DNA from: Oikopleura dioica
Lineage: Eukaryota; Animalia; Chordata
Assembly (NCBI GenBank): GCA_907165135.1
Contig: OU015569.1
Span: 10,602,001 to 10,666,000 of the forward strand
Direction: 5' to 3'
DNA length: 64,000 nucleotides
The position numbers were made by a program, and so were the translations under genes. The notes below the pieces were generated by a model. That model ran no database searches and was not told where the DNA came from. It was given only the letters and a program-made list of their open reading frames with translations. Every line of letters starts with the position of its first letter. The stretch's first letter is position 1. Positions 1-12,676 of the stretch are shown piece after piece.

Positions 1-65
1 TAGAGATGTGTTTTGAATAAACTCCTTGTTTTAAGTCTGCTAACTAAAGACTCAAGATCAAATAT

Positions 66-1902
66 CTAGAATCTAGATCCTTTCCTGGAAGGGAGATAGC
101 TGGAATCGATCATCAACGCCTTTCGCTGATGCCGGACCGCCACTTTGATGTACTTGTTCTTCTCAAGCCAGATTCCGTACACGTAGTGAATTTCGACACT
201 TTCTCCATTGGGACAGATAGACGAGATCTGTCGATACGCATTTGCTCCGTTGTTTATACCGATTTGTCTATTTTCCATTCGTGTGTTTACTTCCAACCAT
301 GAGTGAAAAATCGGAAGAATTTCTTTTTCAAAAGGTTAACTTTCTCGCCACTTCTAGCGAATATCATGGCCAATTTTTTGGCAAACGTTGGAAGACAAAG
401 TTTGGCAAAGAGTTGGCCAAGATATCGCCAATGGGTTAAGAGGGTTAACCTTGCCTTTCTGGAGCTTGGTGTACAAATCCCTGCGCATGGTACAGAGCAT
501 AAGATATGCAGCAAATCTGGTTCCAGCATCTCGATCGCTTTCGCGTGCCTAAACAAAATCTCTTGGTATGAAGCTGAAATTTTCGTAAAACGGAAATATT
601 TTTTCCGGAAAAAAAACTCAGGCTTTCGTTACATTGCCCAACGGCGCAAAATCGCACTTGGCTTGTAATCTTTAATTTTTTCTTTTTTCGAAGTTTGAAG
701 GGACCTCCGAATAGCCTCGGGAACTATCACACTTCTCGGACATTCAAGTGCGCCGCAGATTCAAGAGCTGAGCTTCTATTTTACTTTGAACAAGGTCGCG
801 CTCTTATTTTCTTTTTTGCAGCATATCTTTCTGCTTACTAAATTCCAATAAGAATTGTATAAAATAAACTATATAAAGTTCTAAGGCAACATATCCAAGT
901 TGGAAATAAAAGTGTAAATAAAAAAAACACTTTAATAATATTTGAAAAAAAAACGATTTCCCTCGCAGTGATTGAACTTAAATCACATGAGAGTTTCGCC
1001 AAATTAGTGCTTGTTTTAAATTATTTTTCTTTGGCTGAAAATTATATCTCGAAATTAGCTAACAAGCTCGCTAAAATCAAGGCTTACCACCAAATTGGCT
1101 ACTACGTGGACGGGTGTTAATTGCTTTGACGCAATAAAAATACCATCATTAGTTCCTTTGAAAAATGGAAGATATTTAATTGATAAAAATTATTTGACAA
1201 AATTCAGACTTGAAAAATGATTGTTGAAGTTTTAAATTGGCGCCCCTTCGAGTTGAGCAAATTTGAGTAAAGAAATCAACAACGATCAACAAAGAAGGAG
1301 CTTACCATCGTCAGAGCCTGGATTTCACTCTGCGGAATTCGAGGCGACATATTTTCTCTTTCCGGCACGTTCTCTCTGACTCCCAGAATCGTCAGGAAAG
1401 ACGACTGCACGAATCTTCAATCAGGAGTGAGAGAAGAATCAACCAAGCGTCTGATTGGTCAGCGCTTGGAAAGCCTCATGGAAGGAGAATTTGACGACTC
1501 GCTCCTACCTTTTTCGACTCAGAATAATCACAATTTCACTATTTACTCCTGAACTATTCCTCAAATACCTAATACAGTCAACATGCCCTGAAACACTTGC
1601 TTGATATTGATAAATAAGCTGTTTTTAGTCCTTTTTGATTTCATTTTTGAGTTATTCAAGAAATGAATCGCGAAACTATTTGAATGTTTGAAAAATTTAT
1701 TTCTTTTTATCGAAAAGACTGAATAGCTGTCGAATGAAGACAGATTTTTGTAATGGCAGAGTATGAGTGAGGTATGAATCGTGTCAATTTTCTTGAAAAG
1801 TTCATGAAATATGCTTTTTTGGAATCTGGGCTCAATTTTGGAGTCACAATGATCCACAGTGGTGAGTTCCAGTTTAGTCTTCGTCGCCTTTTTCATGGTC
1901 AC
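66..1902 (-). CDS. Possible uncharacterised spliced gene (exon chain unresolved, continues toward the window start)
   Basis: Minus-strand ORF fragments 1561-1902, ~1305-1500, 287-556 and 66-296 with donor-like GTAAG/GTATT sites. The ATG lies ~20-30 bp downstream of the SLC35F6 stop. No family recognised. Confidence 0.3.
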
Positions 1903-1922
1903 TTTTTGATTAGAGTTTTTGC

Positions 1923-3636
1923 TTATGAAATTTTCAAAAAAGAATGAACGGTTCCTATGGCGTCGTAGTTTGGATTGTCATCTCCTTCTTCGAGAATTGG
2001 CTCCTGATCATCATCGTCCGTGGGGAAAGGCTTCTTTAGGACGTACTTGTACCAGGCTTGTCGGATGACCAAATCGTTGTAGAGACATGTTCCGAAGATC
2101 AGGAACATGAAGCCAAACACTTGTGGAATCGTATAAATTGAAACCTAATTAAGAAAACGTTGTGTGTCGATAATGGGTCAAACTTACAGTTTCCCACCCG
2201 ACAGCGAGCGTGAAAGCCCAAATGACGACCGTACGGATCGAGTCCAACACCATTCGAGTAGTGGCAGATTGCGTCTTTGTGACGGAGAGGCCGAAGTAGT
2301 TGAAGAATGCGATCGACAAGATATTCATCACAACACCGGCAACGATGATGCCGTTATTGCCCATTTGCATCAAGCCGTCGATCGCGTCTTCCAATCTTAA
2401 AAAAAGTCAGCTAGGGAACGATCGAAAGATCAGGTACCTGCAAGAGCCGTTGAGTGCCGGTTCAAAAGGATCAGAGCAGAAGTTAGGCGGCAAGATAATA
2501 TAGTAGAAAGGAACCAAGAGAATTGATAGGATACAAGCCCCGAAGAAGCCTTCCCAGCCGACTGCTCTTAATGGATGGATGTTCTTGCCATTGACGAACT
2601 TCTCCTCAATGACCATTTGCGCAGCCACGATAACCTGTGCAGCGATGATCAGTCCGTCTCCGATTAAAACGTGGCTGAAGTCGTTTATTACTTTCCATCA
2701 TTGCGCGGAGAAATTATTTACCTGAGGTCTTTTCCACCACCATTGTGAATTTCCTTTAACATGTCGGAAACGCCAACTGCAGCGAGACCAACGATGACGA
2801 CGCCGATTCCAGCCCAACGAAACATTTGGATTATCGCCTTGAGAAAGATGACAGAGAAAATCGCAGTGAAGAGCATGACAGCGCCGCGCAACATTTGAAA
2901 CGAACTTGCAAATGTCAGCGTCAAGCCGAAATACATTGTTGATGTCCCGAGCATATCGCAGCACGCGGGGAGGCAGAGCAGAAACGGACTGAAATCAACG
3001 ATGAAAACAACGAAAAACAACAAGATTCCTCTGACTCTTGTTATCAAAGTCTCACAGACTGGAGCGCGCAGTAACTCAGCGCCTCCAGTTTGATCAAAAA
3101 GTAAGCACCATAACAGCATGGCCTGTTCGCCGTGTAAGTATTTTTAAGAAAAGCGCTTTCGCAAGAGAAAAATTGCCAGGCGGTGCTGTTCGAAAATTGC
3201 CGACGTAACATTCCGGTGATGAGCGGCATCGTCGGGTTTTTGAAGTGAAAAGTTCTGGATTTTGAAGCCCCCCAAGGGGGGCACTGAGGCCCAAACTGAC
3301 TGAATATCCAATGAAAAAAAGCTACCTGAAGTCGTCGGATCCAACATCGATTTCGCCTTCCTCGACTTTCTTCTTGTTGAACCGTCTCCAAATTTGAAAG
3401 GCGATCAAGCAGGTAAATTCTCCAATGAACATGCCGACTGCCTGGAGAAAGGGATGATCGAAATCGTGCTCGGGAAATTCGGGTTTTCCGATTGCTCGTT
3501 GGTTGTCCGCCCACTTCGTCGAGATCGTATTGATCGAGCCTGTTATCACCATTCCCAAGGCAAGAAATAATTTGTACCTGAAAATTATTTGTTCTGTACT
3601 GGTGACCTTTTCCTCATTTTTACTCCTTATTTTCAT
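1923..3636 (-). CDS. SLC35F6: Solute carrier family 35 member F6 (nucleotide-sugar-transporter-like membrane protein), multi-exon
   Basis: Exons encode ALGMVITGSINTISTKWAD, FDHPFLQAVGMFIGE, PACCDMLGTSTMYFGLTLTFASSFQMLRGAVMLFT, AAQMVIEEKF..AVGWEGFFG and FFNYFGLSVTKTQSATTRMVLDSIRT, matching SLC35F6/C2orf18. Confidence 0.9.
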
Positions 3637-4412
3637 TTCGCAACAACATTGCTGATTTTAAACGCCAAAAATTGGATGAGACGTGTCCTACAAAGTTGTA
3701 CGATACAACTTTTATCATCTTAAAACCTTCAAAAGGGCTATTCTGTAGAAAATTCTTTTAATTTCAGATCAACAAAAATATAGTAAAAACAGGTATTCTT
3801 TACCTTATGAATTGATTGAATCATTTTTAGATAAAGATTTTTGGCATTTAAATTTATAAATTGAGATAATCAACAATATCCCAATAATTAGTAATGATGC
3901 TATTTTTTAAAGTGTCGTTCTTACTTGTCTTCAGCCCTCATGGCGATATTATTTGTCTGTTTTCTCTTCGACTATTTTCTTCTTCTTATTTTGGCGAGTT
4001 TCTCGCCACTGCGACAAAACGCCATAATGCGCTGCTGATTGGCCCCGACCAGTAGACAAACCGAGAAAGTCAAGAGACGCGAATCCAGCAACTTCGGTAT
4101 TCTGTCTGCATGCAAATATACACTACATTACTCAAACAAAATTTTTGTTTTTTTTTCCGTGAAATTAGAGTTGAATGTGAGAACTAATTGCATATATTTC
4201 GATTTTATCTTTTACAACGATGTTGTGATCGAGAAGCCGCTTACGGCTTTGAGAAACGCGACTGAAGCCGCACTCTCTGCGGCTCTTTGTTTTCTAATGC
4301 TCGAAGCCGCGATCGGCTTCCCGATCGAAGGATTTATCAGAAGACTATTAGCAGTTTTTTTAGGGTAATGAATGATTTATTTTATTAGATTGTTAACAAT
4401 ACCGCTGCGCAG

Positions 4413-5060
4413 ATGATCGCTGAGAAAGATGTGCAACAAGACGAAGAGCTTGGACAACTACTGACACGCGAAATCGCACGGAAACAGGCCCACACGGCTG
4501 CTGAGAAGAAACGGCGAGATGCGATCCGCCGTGGCTACGACGACTTGGGCGCTCTAGTGCCTACTTGCGTCCAAGCAGGAAAAAATCAACTGTCAACAAC
4601 GAAGTTGTCCAAGGCCACGATTCTCTCCAAAACAATCGACTATATCGAGTTGATCAAAGAGGAAGAAGCCGCCCAACAAGAGCAGCTCAGCAAGCTCCAG
4701 TACGAAGCACAAGGGCAAAAAATAGTCCTCCAAAATTACGAAACGATGATCAAGAACCAGCGTCTCAACCCAAGTCAGCAGTCGATTTCGAGCAACGACC
4801 AGGTGAAAGTCAACTACTTCAAGTCGTTGTGCGACGAGCTGTTCAAGAGTTTCGACGCCGAAGTCGACTGCAAGAGCTTCGCGACGCTTTCTCGCGGGAT
4901 GCTCCACTGGTCGGAGCGGCATTGCCAAAAGGAGCACATTGCGCACCTCTTCAACAACATCGCTTTCCAAAGCCACATAGAACTGACGCCTCAAGTCGGA
5001 AACGGTCACGATGCAACGATTGTACGAAGAAACAGTGGCCAACAACAATACTTTCCCTAA
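4413..5060 (+). CDS. MLX: bHLH-Zip transcription factor Max-like protein X (5' end uncertain)
   Basis: Basic region HTAAEKKRRDAIRRGYDDLGALVPTC, helix 2 KLSKATILSKTIDYI, a leucine zipper and a C-terminal DCD-like segment (QVKVNYFKSLCDELF..F..LS..MLHW.E.HC). Confidence 0.9.
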   Translation: MIAEKDVQQDEELGQLLTREIARKQAHTAAEKKRRDAIRRGYDDLGALVPTCVQAGKNQLSTTKLSKATILSKTIDYIELIKEEEAAQQEQLSKLQYEAQGQKIVLQNYETMIKNQRLNPSQQSISSNDQVKVNYFKSLCDELFKSFDAEVDCKSFATLSRGMLHWSERHCQKEHIAHLFNNIAFQSHIELTPQVGNGHDATIVRRNSGQQQYFP

Positions 5061-5274
5061 CAACTCAATTCTCTCTATTCCATGATCTCTACTAAACTTA
5101 TAGCCCGGCATTTCTTTCCAACCTCTCAAAATTGTGATTAATAAAAGCTTTCTTTATAACTTGACGATTATTTTTGTTAAAGAAATAATGAGTCGATATC
5201 GAAAATTACCAAAGTTCGGCCGCGAATTTGCATAAAGCAGCAAAACGAAAATCCGCGAGTTTTGTAATACGAAG

Positions 5275-7484
5275 ATGGACGGAAACGATTTGTTGGCGAG
5301 ATTCAAGGTGAAACACCTCGTCTGGATTCCTGTGATCGGCTTCATTCAAATCTACTTTCTGTGGCACTATGCGAACAAGGCCGAGCACATAAGAAAGGCG
5401 AAAGATGCGTTTTTGTCGAAACATTTCGAAGATGCAGAAAAATGGAGAAGCGAGTATCTTGTGCATTTTGACTACGCCGTTGGAACGTACGAAACAGAGG
5501 CGGGAATTGAAGTGAAAGACGTCACACTTGTTTCTCAATGCTCTCCAGGAAGGTTAGACGCACTTTTTTCCATTCAATGTTAGTTTCTGTCTGCTAAAAT
5601 TTGTCTGTGTTTAACTGAGTGAAAGACAACCTGCATCACGTAGAAGGACTTATGAAGGCTTGGAAAGGGCCTATTTCGATAGCCGTCTTTGCGCCCGATC
5701 GTGACGCTGTTTCGGCGATGTTTGGCATCCAGATATTGAGAAAGTGCAACGCAGATATCAGAAGACACGTTACCTTTCATATCATGTATCCGAGTACCCA
5801 CCCGCCGCGATTTGATGAAACTGTCGAAGATTTTACTGAAGAGGAATGCATCCTAGGCCCGGGTTTTCGATATTTTCAAAATTTCTGATTGTTCTTTTTG
5901 AATTAAAAATTTAAAACCAGATAAAAGCAATGGAACAGCTAAAAGCATGGGAAGGAGCAAACTACGCTCGTGGCGAGCTGCCTTATCCCCAAAACTCGCT
6001 GCGAAACATCGCTCGGGCGAAGATCAAGACCGACCTGTTCTACCTCGTGGATATAGATACCGTGCCTAGTGGAGACTTGCGTTATCAATTCACCAAATTT
6101 GCAAAGAAAAGAGGCCTCTTTGATCAAACAAGACTCGAAGCATTTATCACACCTGCATTCGAAATAAGAAGCCATCATCGCTTGCCACAGAACAAAGACA
6201 AAGGTGATTATTGACAATCAAGTCCACTGGCAGAACTTCTGCCGGAGAAGTTTGGATCGACCCTTTCTTCTGCTCTAAACGATGGCCCATACCAAGTTTT
6301 TACCCTAGTTATTCGATTGGTCGACGACGGAGAAATGCGTCCCTTCCACTACGATACATGTCCTTATTGCCACAAACCGACGGAATTCGACCATTGGTAC
6401 GGATACCGCGGATCTGACGAGCTCGAGGACGCGTACGAAATCGAGTACTCAAATTCCTTCGAGCCCTTTTATCTCGCCAATACTCACGTCGCTCCCTTGC
6501 ACGATGAGCGATTCAAGGCTTATGGCTTCGATAGAATTAGTCAGGTAAAATCCTGATATTGATCGTCGTTTTTAATAGTTACTTTATGAAGATTTGCGAA
6601 ATGCACGTAAAAGGATTTACCTTTTATGCACTTAACAACGCCTTCATCGTTCACAAAGGATTCAAATTCAAGAAGAACTTCCACGAAACCAAAGACTACG
6701 AGAACAAGAAGAACGGCAAAATTTACGAAAAGTACTTCAAGCCAGAGCTGAAAGTTAAGTACCCGAATTCGCAGCGTGAATGTCTCGAGGAGTCAGCCAA
6801 CCGCAGAGGCCATGTCCAAGTCAACGTCGATAATCTGAAACAAATCCTCAAGAGGGGCGTAGAGTAAGTCTGCGAAAAATAGACAGTCGCATATTTTTTC
6901 TTAGGCAGCACATTCAAACTGAAAACAAGAGAGAGAAGAGGAATGCCGATAAAAGATCTGAAGAGCAAGGCTTAAAATCTGAAGAATCGGAGCAATTAGA
7001 ACAAGATATTCAATCAGACGAGATTCTAGAGGAATCACATTCACCGGAAAATCTTCCTGACGAGAGCATTTTATCTAAAGACGATGAAGTGCAAGAAACA
7101 GACAAAGATGAAGATTCCGTGTCAGAAAGTGAAGAAACCGAAGATCGAGAAGAGGAATCTATTGAAGAAGTTGGTGAATCAGACGAAGAAGCTGCACAAA
7201 TTGAGCCGTCCCACAACTTCCTTTCCGAGAACGAAGAAGCTGAGCAAGGAAATCTTCAAGAACCTTTGGAGAATGCAGAAGTTGAACCAATAGTCGAAAA
7301 AGAAGAAGACGAGAATCAAGCCGAAGTATCGGATGAAATCTCCGAAGATAGTGAACAAGAGGATGAATCCGAAGACGCACCTCAAACCGGTAAGAAAGTC
7401 AAGAAAGGCTGTCAAACTCATAAATTTTCTTCAGAGATAGAAACACGTAATGTACGTCTTCTCCACCGCGAAGAACTAGATTAG
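5275..7484 (+). CDS. B4GAT1: GT49-family glycosyltransferase (B4GAT1/LARGE-like, type II membrane) with a predicted acidic C-terminal tail
   Basis: N-terminal TM segment, then DNLHHVEGLMKAWKGPISIAVFAP, YPQNSLRNIAR, DxD motif (LVDIDTVP), FEPFYLA..PLHDERFKAYGFDRISQ and ALNNAFIVHKGF. A GTAAGT donor at 6864 and a TTAG acceptor at 6904 join in frame to the acidic ORF ending at 7484. Confidence 0.8.
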
Positions 7485-7761
7485 GAATGCCTTATCAACT
7501 AAACTATCAATCGATGCCAAAGAACACTTGCCTTTATAAATCTATTTTACTATCCTCTGACTGATAATATTTCTGTATAACGAGTAGTCTTTTTTCTGTA
7601 CCAATTTAAACCATCCTATTCGTTCATCAACACTTCCAACCTGAAATTGCAACTTGAAACCTATTTACCTTCTAAAGAAACCCACGTCTGTATTTTCTGT
7701 ATAGTTCCGAATATTGCTATTATATCTTCCGAGCTCGAGTTATCACGATAATAATCGTAGA

Positions 7762-8736
7762 ATGTTGCGAAAAGCTACTGTTCGACTTACTCGACCTATC
7801 GCTGCTCGATCTCTTACATCTGAGAATCGATGGTCTGGAGACTTTATTCATGTCTCTCACACTGACGCCAAGGTACTACCTTTTATCCCTTTCTCCTTCT
7901 TATCTATCCACTATCCAGGTCGGATTGATCGAGTTGGACCGACCAAAAGCGCTCAACGCTCTCTGCGACGGACTGATGCTCGAAGTCGCCAAGGCCCTCG
8001 ACGAATTCGACGCTGACAAGTCGATCGGCGCTGTGATCATCACCGGTCGAGGGCGAGCCTTCGCCGCTGGTGCTGACATCAAAGAAATGCTTCCTCTCAA
8101 CTATGCCCAAGTCGCTGGTGGTGATTTCTTGGCGCATTGGGGTCGCGTTTCCAAGAATACCAAGCCTGTTCTTGCCGCTGTCAATGGGTTTGCTTTTGGT
8201 GGTGGTTGTGAGCTGGCGATGATGTGCGACATCATGTAACTTCTATCAGTAGTTCTAGCCAGATTAGGATGATCTAGGTACGCTTCCGACAAGGCAGTTT
8301 TTGGTCAGCCAGAAATCAAGCTCGGCACCATTCCCGGCGCCGGCGGCACTCAGAGATTAACTCGCGCTGTTGGAAAATCCCTTGCGATGGAGATGTGCCT
8401 TTCTGGCGAGCCAATCAAGGCTGATCAGGCACTCGTCGCTGGACTCGTTTCCAAGGTCGTCCCTGGCGACCAGTTGCTTGACGAAGCTCACAAAACTGCC
8501 GCTAAAATCGCCGAAATGTCACAGGTGTACTTTGAGCGTCCCTTCTTTTGTAAACTCTGTTTTAGCTGACTACTGCCATTTGCAAAGAAGCCGTCAACGT
8601 GGCCTTCGAGTCGACTCTGGCCGAAGGTGTGCGATTCGAGAGACGCATGTTCCACGCCACTTTCGGCACTGAAGACCGCCGGGAAGGCATGTCCGCTTTT
8701 GCCGAAAAGCGAAAAGCCAACTTCAAGGATTGCTAA
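7762..8736 (+). CDS. ECHS1: Mitochondrial short-chain enoyl-CoA hydratase
   Basis: [72 protein letters not shown] and [18 protein letters not shown], with 3 short GT-AG introns. Confidence 0.95.
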
Positions 8737-8922
8737 AAGCAGTTCTCTATTTCACTGTATTCCAGGAAAAAGACTTCAAATTAGAAAATATTTACCTTTC
8801 TTTTCTCCCTGGAAAAATAATATTTATAGCTCTCTCGAGGATCTGTAATCCCACAGAGAATTCCTTCAAAAATGCCTGTTATACTCAATAAATACTTGTA
8901 GATAAGAGTTGCATTGAGAAAT

Positions 8923-10159
8923 ATGTCAAAATATGCAAATTTGCCAGGATATGATACGTCATCCAAAACGGTTTACGGGGACAATATCGATGACAATATG
9001 AGCATGCCCGAGGAGGATCGTGATTGGAAAGGTAGTCAAGCAATGAGCAACGAGTTTTCTGTATTGAAATTTTTCGATAAGCAGCAGCAGAAGGAGAAGG
9101 GGAGGAAGAAAACGAGGAGAACGTGGAAATCATTACTTGTGAAGCAGCTGAGGCGATCAAGCGCTTCCGCGAAGGTGATATTGATCAGATCGGGGATGTG
9201 ACTGGAAGACAACTGACAGGTCTTTATCTTTCTCATTTAAACAGGAAGTTTAAAACAAGCGCATTCAGAATCGGTAGAAACAGCGAGAAAGATGATGGAC
9301 AAGCTGACCGACACCGGTGCAAACACACAATCTCTTGACGTAGAAATGGTCGCTCAAGAAGCGTCGAAGCCGGATTCAAGCTACAGAATATATTCAAACG
9401 CAGAAGCGACAATCTCACAGTTGCAGCAGCGCATTTCGAGACTGGAAGAACTAGGTAACTTTTGGAGCAACTTGCGTTCTTCCGTTGACAGAAGAAGGCG
9501 TTCATGTTTTGAAAGCCCAGTTCTGAAAGTTTACAGCCTTAGCGCTATCTCTCAAAACTACCAGACTTCTGGGCTAGAAATGAGAAATCCGTCTCATATG
9601 AATGGAGAATTTATCGTCATTTTTCTAGTAAACAGTGTTCCCGCTGATCCACTGCAGCCAGGAGGAAGCCTCTCCGACATTGCCCAAACGATTTCTCAGA
9701 AGATGGCTCTTTTAGAAGATGATAAAGTCAAAGCCGCGGACGCCAGGTTAGGCTCGCTTCTTGAAAAATACAAGGAGGTGCCTGAAAGTCTTCAGAAACT
9801 TCCGGATCTTCATAAAGTAAGTGAATATTGAATCATCCTGAGTCAATTGCTTATGATCTGTTTATCTAGTGGGAGCCTGTTTTCACAGCTCTTCCAGCAA
9901 TTGTCGAACGATTGGAATCTCTCGCGCCGGTTCACCAAGTTGCTGCCCGTGTAGCCCAGAACTTCGTCAATTTAGAAAAATGTCAAGCAGCCATACAGGT
10001 TCATACAGTCACAACCGCTCTTTTGAAGCGCATTTTCAGTCTCAACTGGATCGTTCGGAAGCGACACAAAACGAACTGCACAGCGCAATGAATCAAAACC
10101 TAAAGATCGCCGCCGAAAACGCCAAAAATCTGACGGCCAGATTCGAAAAACTTCAATAA
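8923..10159 (+). CDS. DCTN2: Dynactin subunit 2 (p50/dynamitin)
   Basis: N-terminus MSKYANLPGYD...VYG, the segment VEIITCEAAEAIKRF, coiled coils, and C-terminal LPAIVERLESLAPVHQ...ENAKNLTARFEKL. Confidence 0.75.
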
Positions 10160-10593
10160 CTCCTCGTTGCACCATCCATCCTAAAAAGACAAAATTCCCA
10201 TCATACTATTACTTTCAAGAACTTAAAAATTCAAGCAACTTTAGTTTTCCTAAAACGACTTTCAATGAAACAAAAAATGTGCGCGTCCACAACCCGCTGT
10301 ACAAAGTTATTATTTACCGAAAACATCTGTAGCTCCCGGGCCGAGGTGCTTTAAAACAAATAATTTGTAATTAAAAATTTTCAAAAATGCATGTCGCACT
10401 TTCATTTTTTCTAACCATCCCGGCCCTGTGACTATTTTCGTTCATTTCTTCACGTGACCTGGCGTAAATATGTTAAAAGCAATGTTTAAGATTACTCCTG
10501 AATGCAAATCAGCAAAAAACATGATGTCAATTTGCATTCATTTCACTACTCTTTATTGCGTCTATCTATTAATTATATATATTTTTCGCTAGA

Positions 10594-12434
10594 ATGATCA
10601 GAGGATCAGTAAGAGGATGGCGTCCCTCAAGAAGTTTCTCTATCTCCACTGTTTTCTGCTCTGAAACCAAGAAAGCAGGGGTGACCATTTGGGCAAAAAA
10701 ATCATCGTCGGGCCGACCAATTGCCCGCCCAATACCAAAAATCAAGACCCGGGCCGACCAAATGCCCGACCAGTCCGATGTGCCCAGAATGCCCAATCGG
10801 GCAATTGGGCAATTTTTCGGGCATAAATTTACCCGACATTTCGGGCTTGTTAAAACTTTAATTTTTTAAATTTCTCTTAATAATTTATTACAGTTGAAGA
10901 TTGGGAAGGTTTGAAATATATTTAAAAAGCGGTTAAAAAATAATTTTGTAAAAGATCGATCAGGTTGTCAAGAATAGACAGCTAACCATTAAGGTCCACT
11001 TCACACACTCTTGCATAACCGTCTCGAAAAAAGGGGTTCAAAAATGGGGTTGGAAAAATGAGTGATAAAAAGGATTTGGAGGTCAAGGGTAGACAGCTAA
11101 CCATGAAGGTCCACTTCACACACCCTTGCAGAACCATCTCCGCAAAGAAGGGGTTGAGTTAAGGGTAGAGATAATTTCACAAAAGGATCAAGAGGTCAAA
11201 GGTAGACAGCTAACCATAGAGGTTCACTTCACACACCCTTGCAGAACCTTCTCCTTATATCTTTTTTCTTGTTTATGAGCTTAACGACCAATAAGCGGAC
11301 AGGAAAACGCCCACGTTCATGATTTTCCCCGGTGGGCATTTGCCCAACTGCCCGATGGTGTCCAACTGCCCAGAAAATGCCCAAATGCCCGACTTTTCCA
11401 ATGTTGCCCAGCCTATTTTCAGGCGTTGAGCCGACCAAATGCCCGCCCAAAAGCGTTTTTGCCCGAAAAGTGCCCGATTTGCCCAAATGCCCAATGCCCA
11501 AATGGTCACCCCTGAAGAAAGTCGACAAGACAGTCAACAAGGCGAAAATTGGAATGGACGAAAATGCGCTCTTCAAATACTTTTCTAGCGGTTGCTTCGG
11601 CCTCAAAGATTTCTTCCGACCTGTGGAAGATTGGGAAAACATTGTCAGTCTTTCTGCCAATTTTTCTGGGGCCGAGTATACTCCTGAGATCCTGAAGGGC
11701 TTCAAAAACGATCAGCTTCATGAGCTTTGGTATGTTCTTTTGAGGCATAAGAATCTTATCCGAACGGAAAAGTACGAAGCATGGAGAAAGAAGAAGGTAT
11801 TCAACCATAATTGTTCTTCAATGATAATCGTTCTCAGACCTATGAATACAAAGTAGACCCAGAAGAAATTGTCTCTCATAGTATGTTCAATATCAAAGAA
11901 GAAATAAAAAGGAGGAATCAAACTGTCGAGCGGAAGCGAAGAAGACCGCGGAGAATGGAGATGACAACTCTTTACGATACGTCTGGAATCGGCAGTGGTA
12001 GTGAAGTCGAGCTTGATGCTCATGTTCTGCCCCCAACGTAAGATTCTGGCGAATTTCTATCTTTATCTTTTTGTAGATCAGAGTCTCCAAAAGGCTATCC
12101 TGAGAATATGGACACGCATCACATTAATAACTACTATCCAATGGATGTTGAGCAGCCAGCTGCGATATCTTTCTACGACAAGAATGGCAAGAAACAAACT
12201 CTTATTCACTTTAAAAAATTTGAAATTTTAGATATGGATAAAATGTCACTTCAAGAAGACGCGGCGATGCAGGAGCACTACTTCTTCGCTAAAATTAATA
12301 AAATGTGGACACATTATAAAGGCAAGCAGTCGCAAATCCTTTCGCCCGAAGAGTATCAAAATAGACTTGAAGATGGCTATTATCCAGAAGAAGTTCCAGA
12401 CGTGCGTATTCCTCAAAGATCTCTGATCATATAA
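10594..12434 (+). CDS. MRPL47: Mitochondrial ribosomal protein L47 (uL29m); first exon interrupted by a TIR element
   Basis: LKDFFRPVEDW and GAEYTPEILKGFKNDQLHELWYVLLRHKNLIRTE match the uL29m core. Removing the element plus one TSD copy restores the frame (SETKKVDKTV). Later introns join in frame to the stop at 12434. Confidence 0.8.
10676..11514. mobile_element. 839-bp non-autonomous TIR element (20-bp TIR, 7-bp TSD) within the MRPL47 coding exon
   Basis: CAGGGGTGACCATTTGGGCA (10676-10695) is the exact reverse complement of TGCCCAAATGGTCACCCCTG (11495-11514). AAGAAAG flanks both sides, and subterminal regions are TGCCC-rich. Confidence 0.92.
10975..11253 (+). repeat. ~114-bp tandem repeat, 2.5 copies, inside the MRPL47 element
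   Basis: TAGACAGCTAACCAT..GGT(C/T)CACTTCACACAC.CTTGCA recurs at 10975, 11090 and 11203. Confidence 0.9.
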
Positions 12435-12676
12435 CATAACTCTTTCAGTGGTTCCGCGATATGTTCATGCACGATGATATGTGGACGTACGGGATCTGGG
12501 CGCAGCACGGCGTCCTCGCCCACAAAGAAGTCTTCTCCGGCCAAAAAGAAAGACCTTTCCTTGCTCGAGACTATGCTAATGAAAAGCGCCCGTATAACTA
12601 AAAATAAACTAATTTTGCAATTCAAAATTTGTTTGAATCCCTGCTTTACAGAAAGCATCAAAGATAGATTGATAGA

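Noticed and set aside
7440-7484. ER-retention signal at the end of the glycosyltransferase tail
   Set aside because: The sequence ends REELD*, so the KDEL-like REEL is not terminal.
11332-11856. 174-aa ORF as an independent gene
   Set aside because: A chimera of the element's right subterminal repeats reading into MRPL47 exon sequence.
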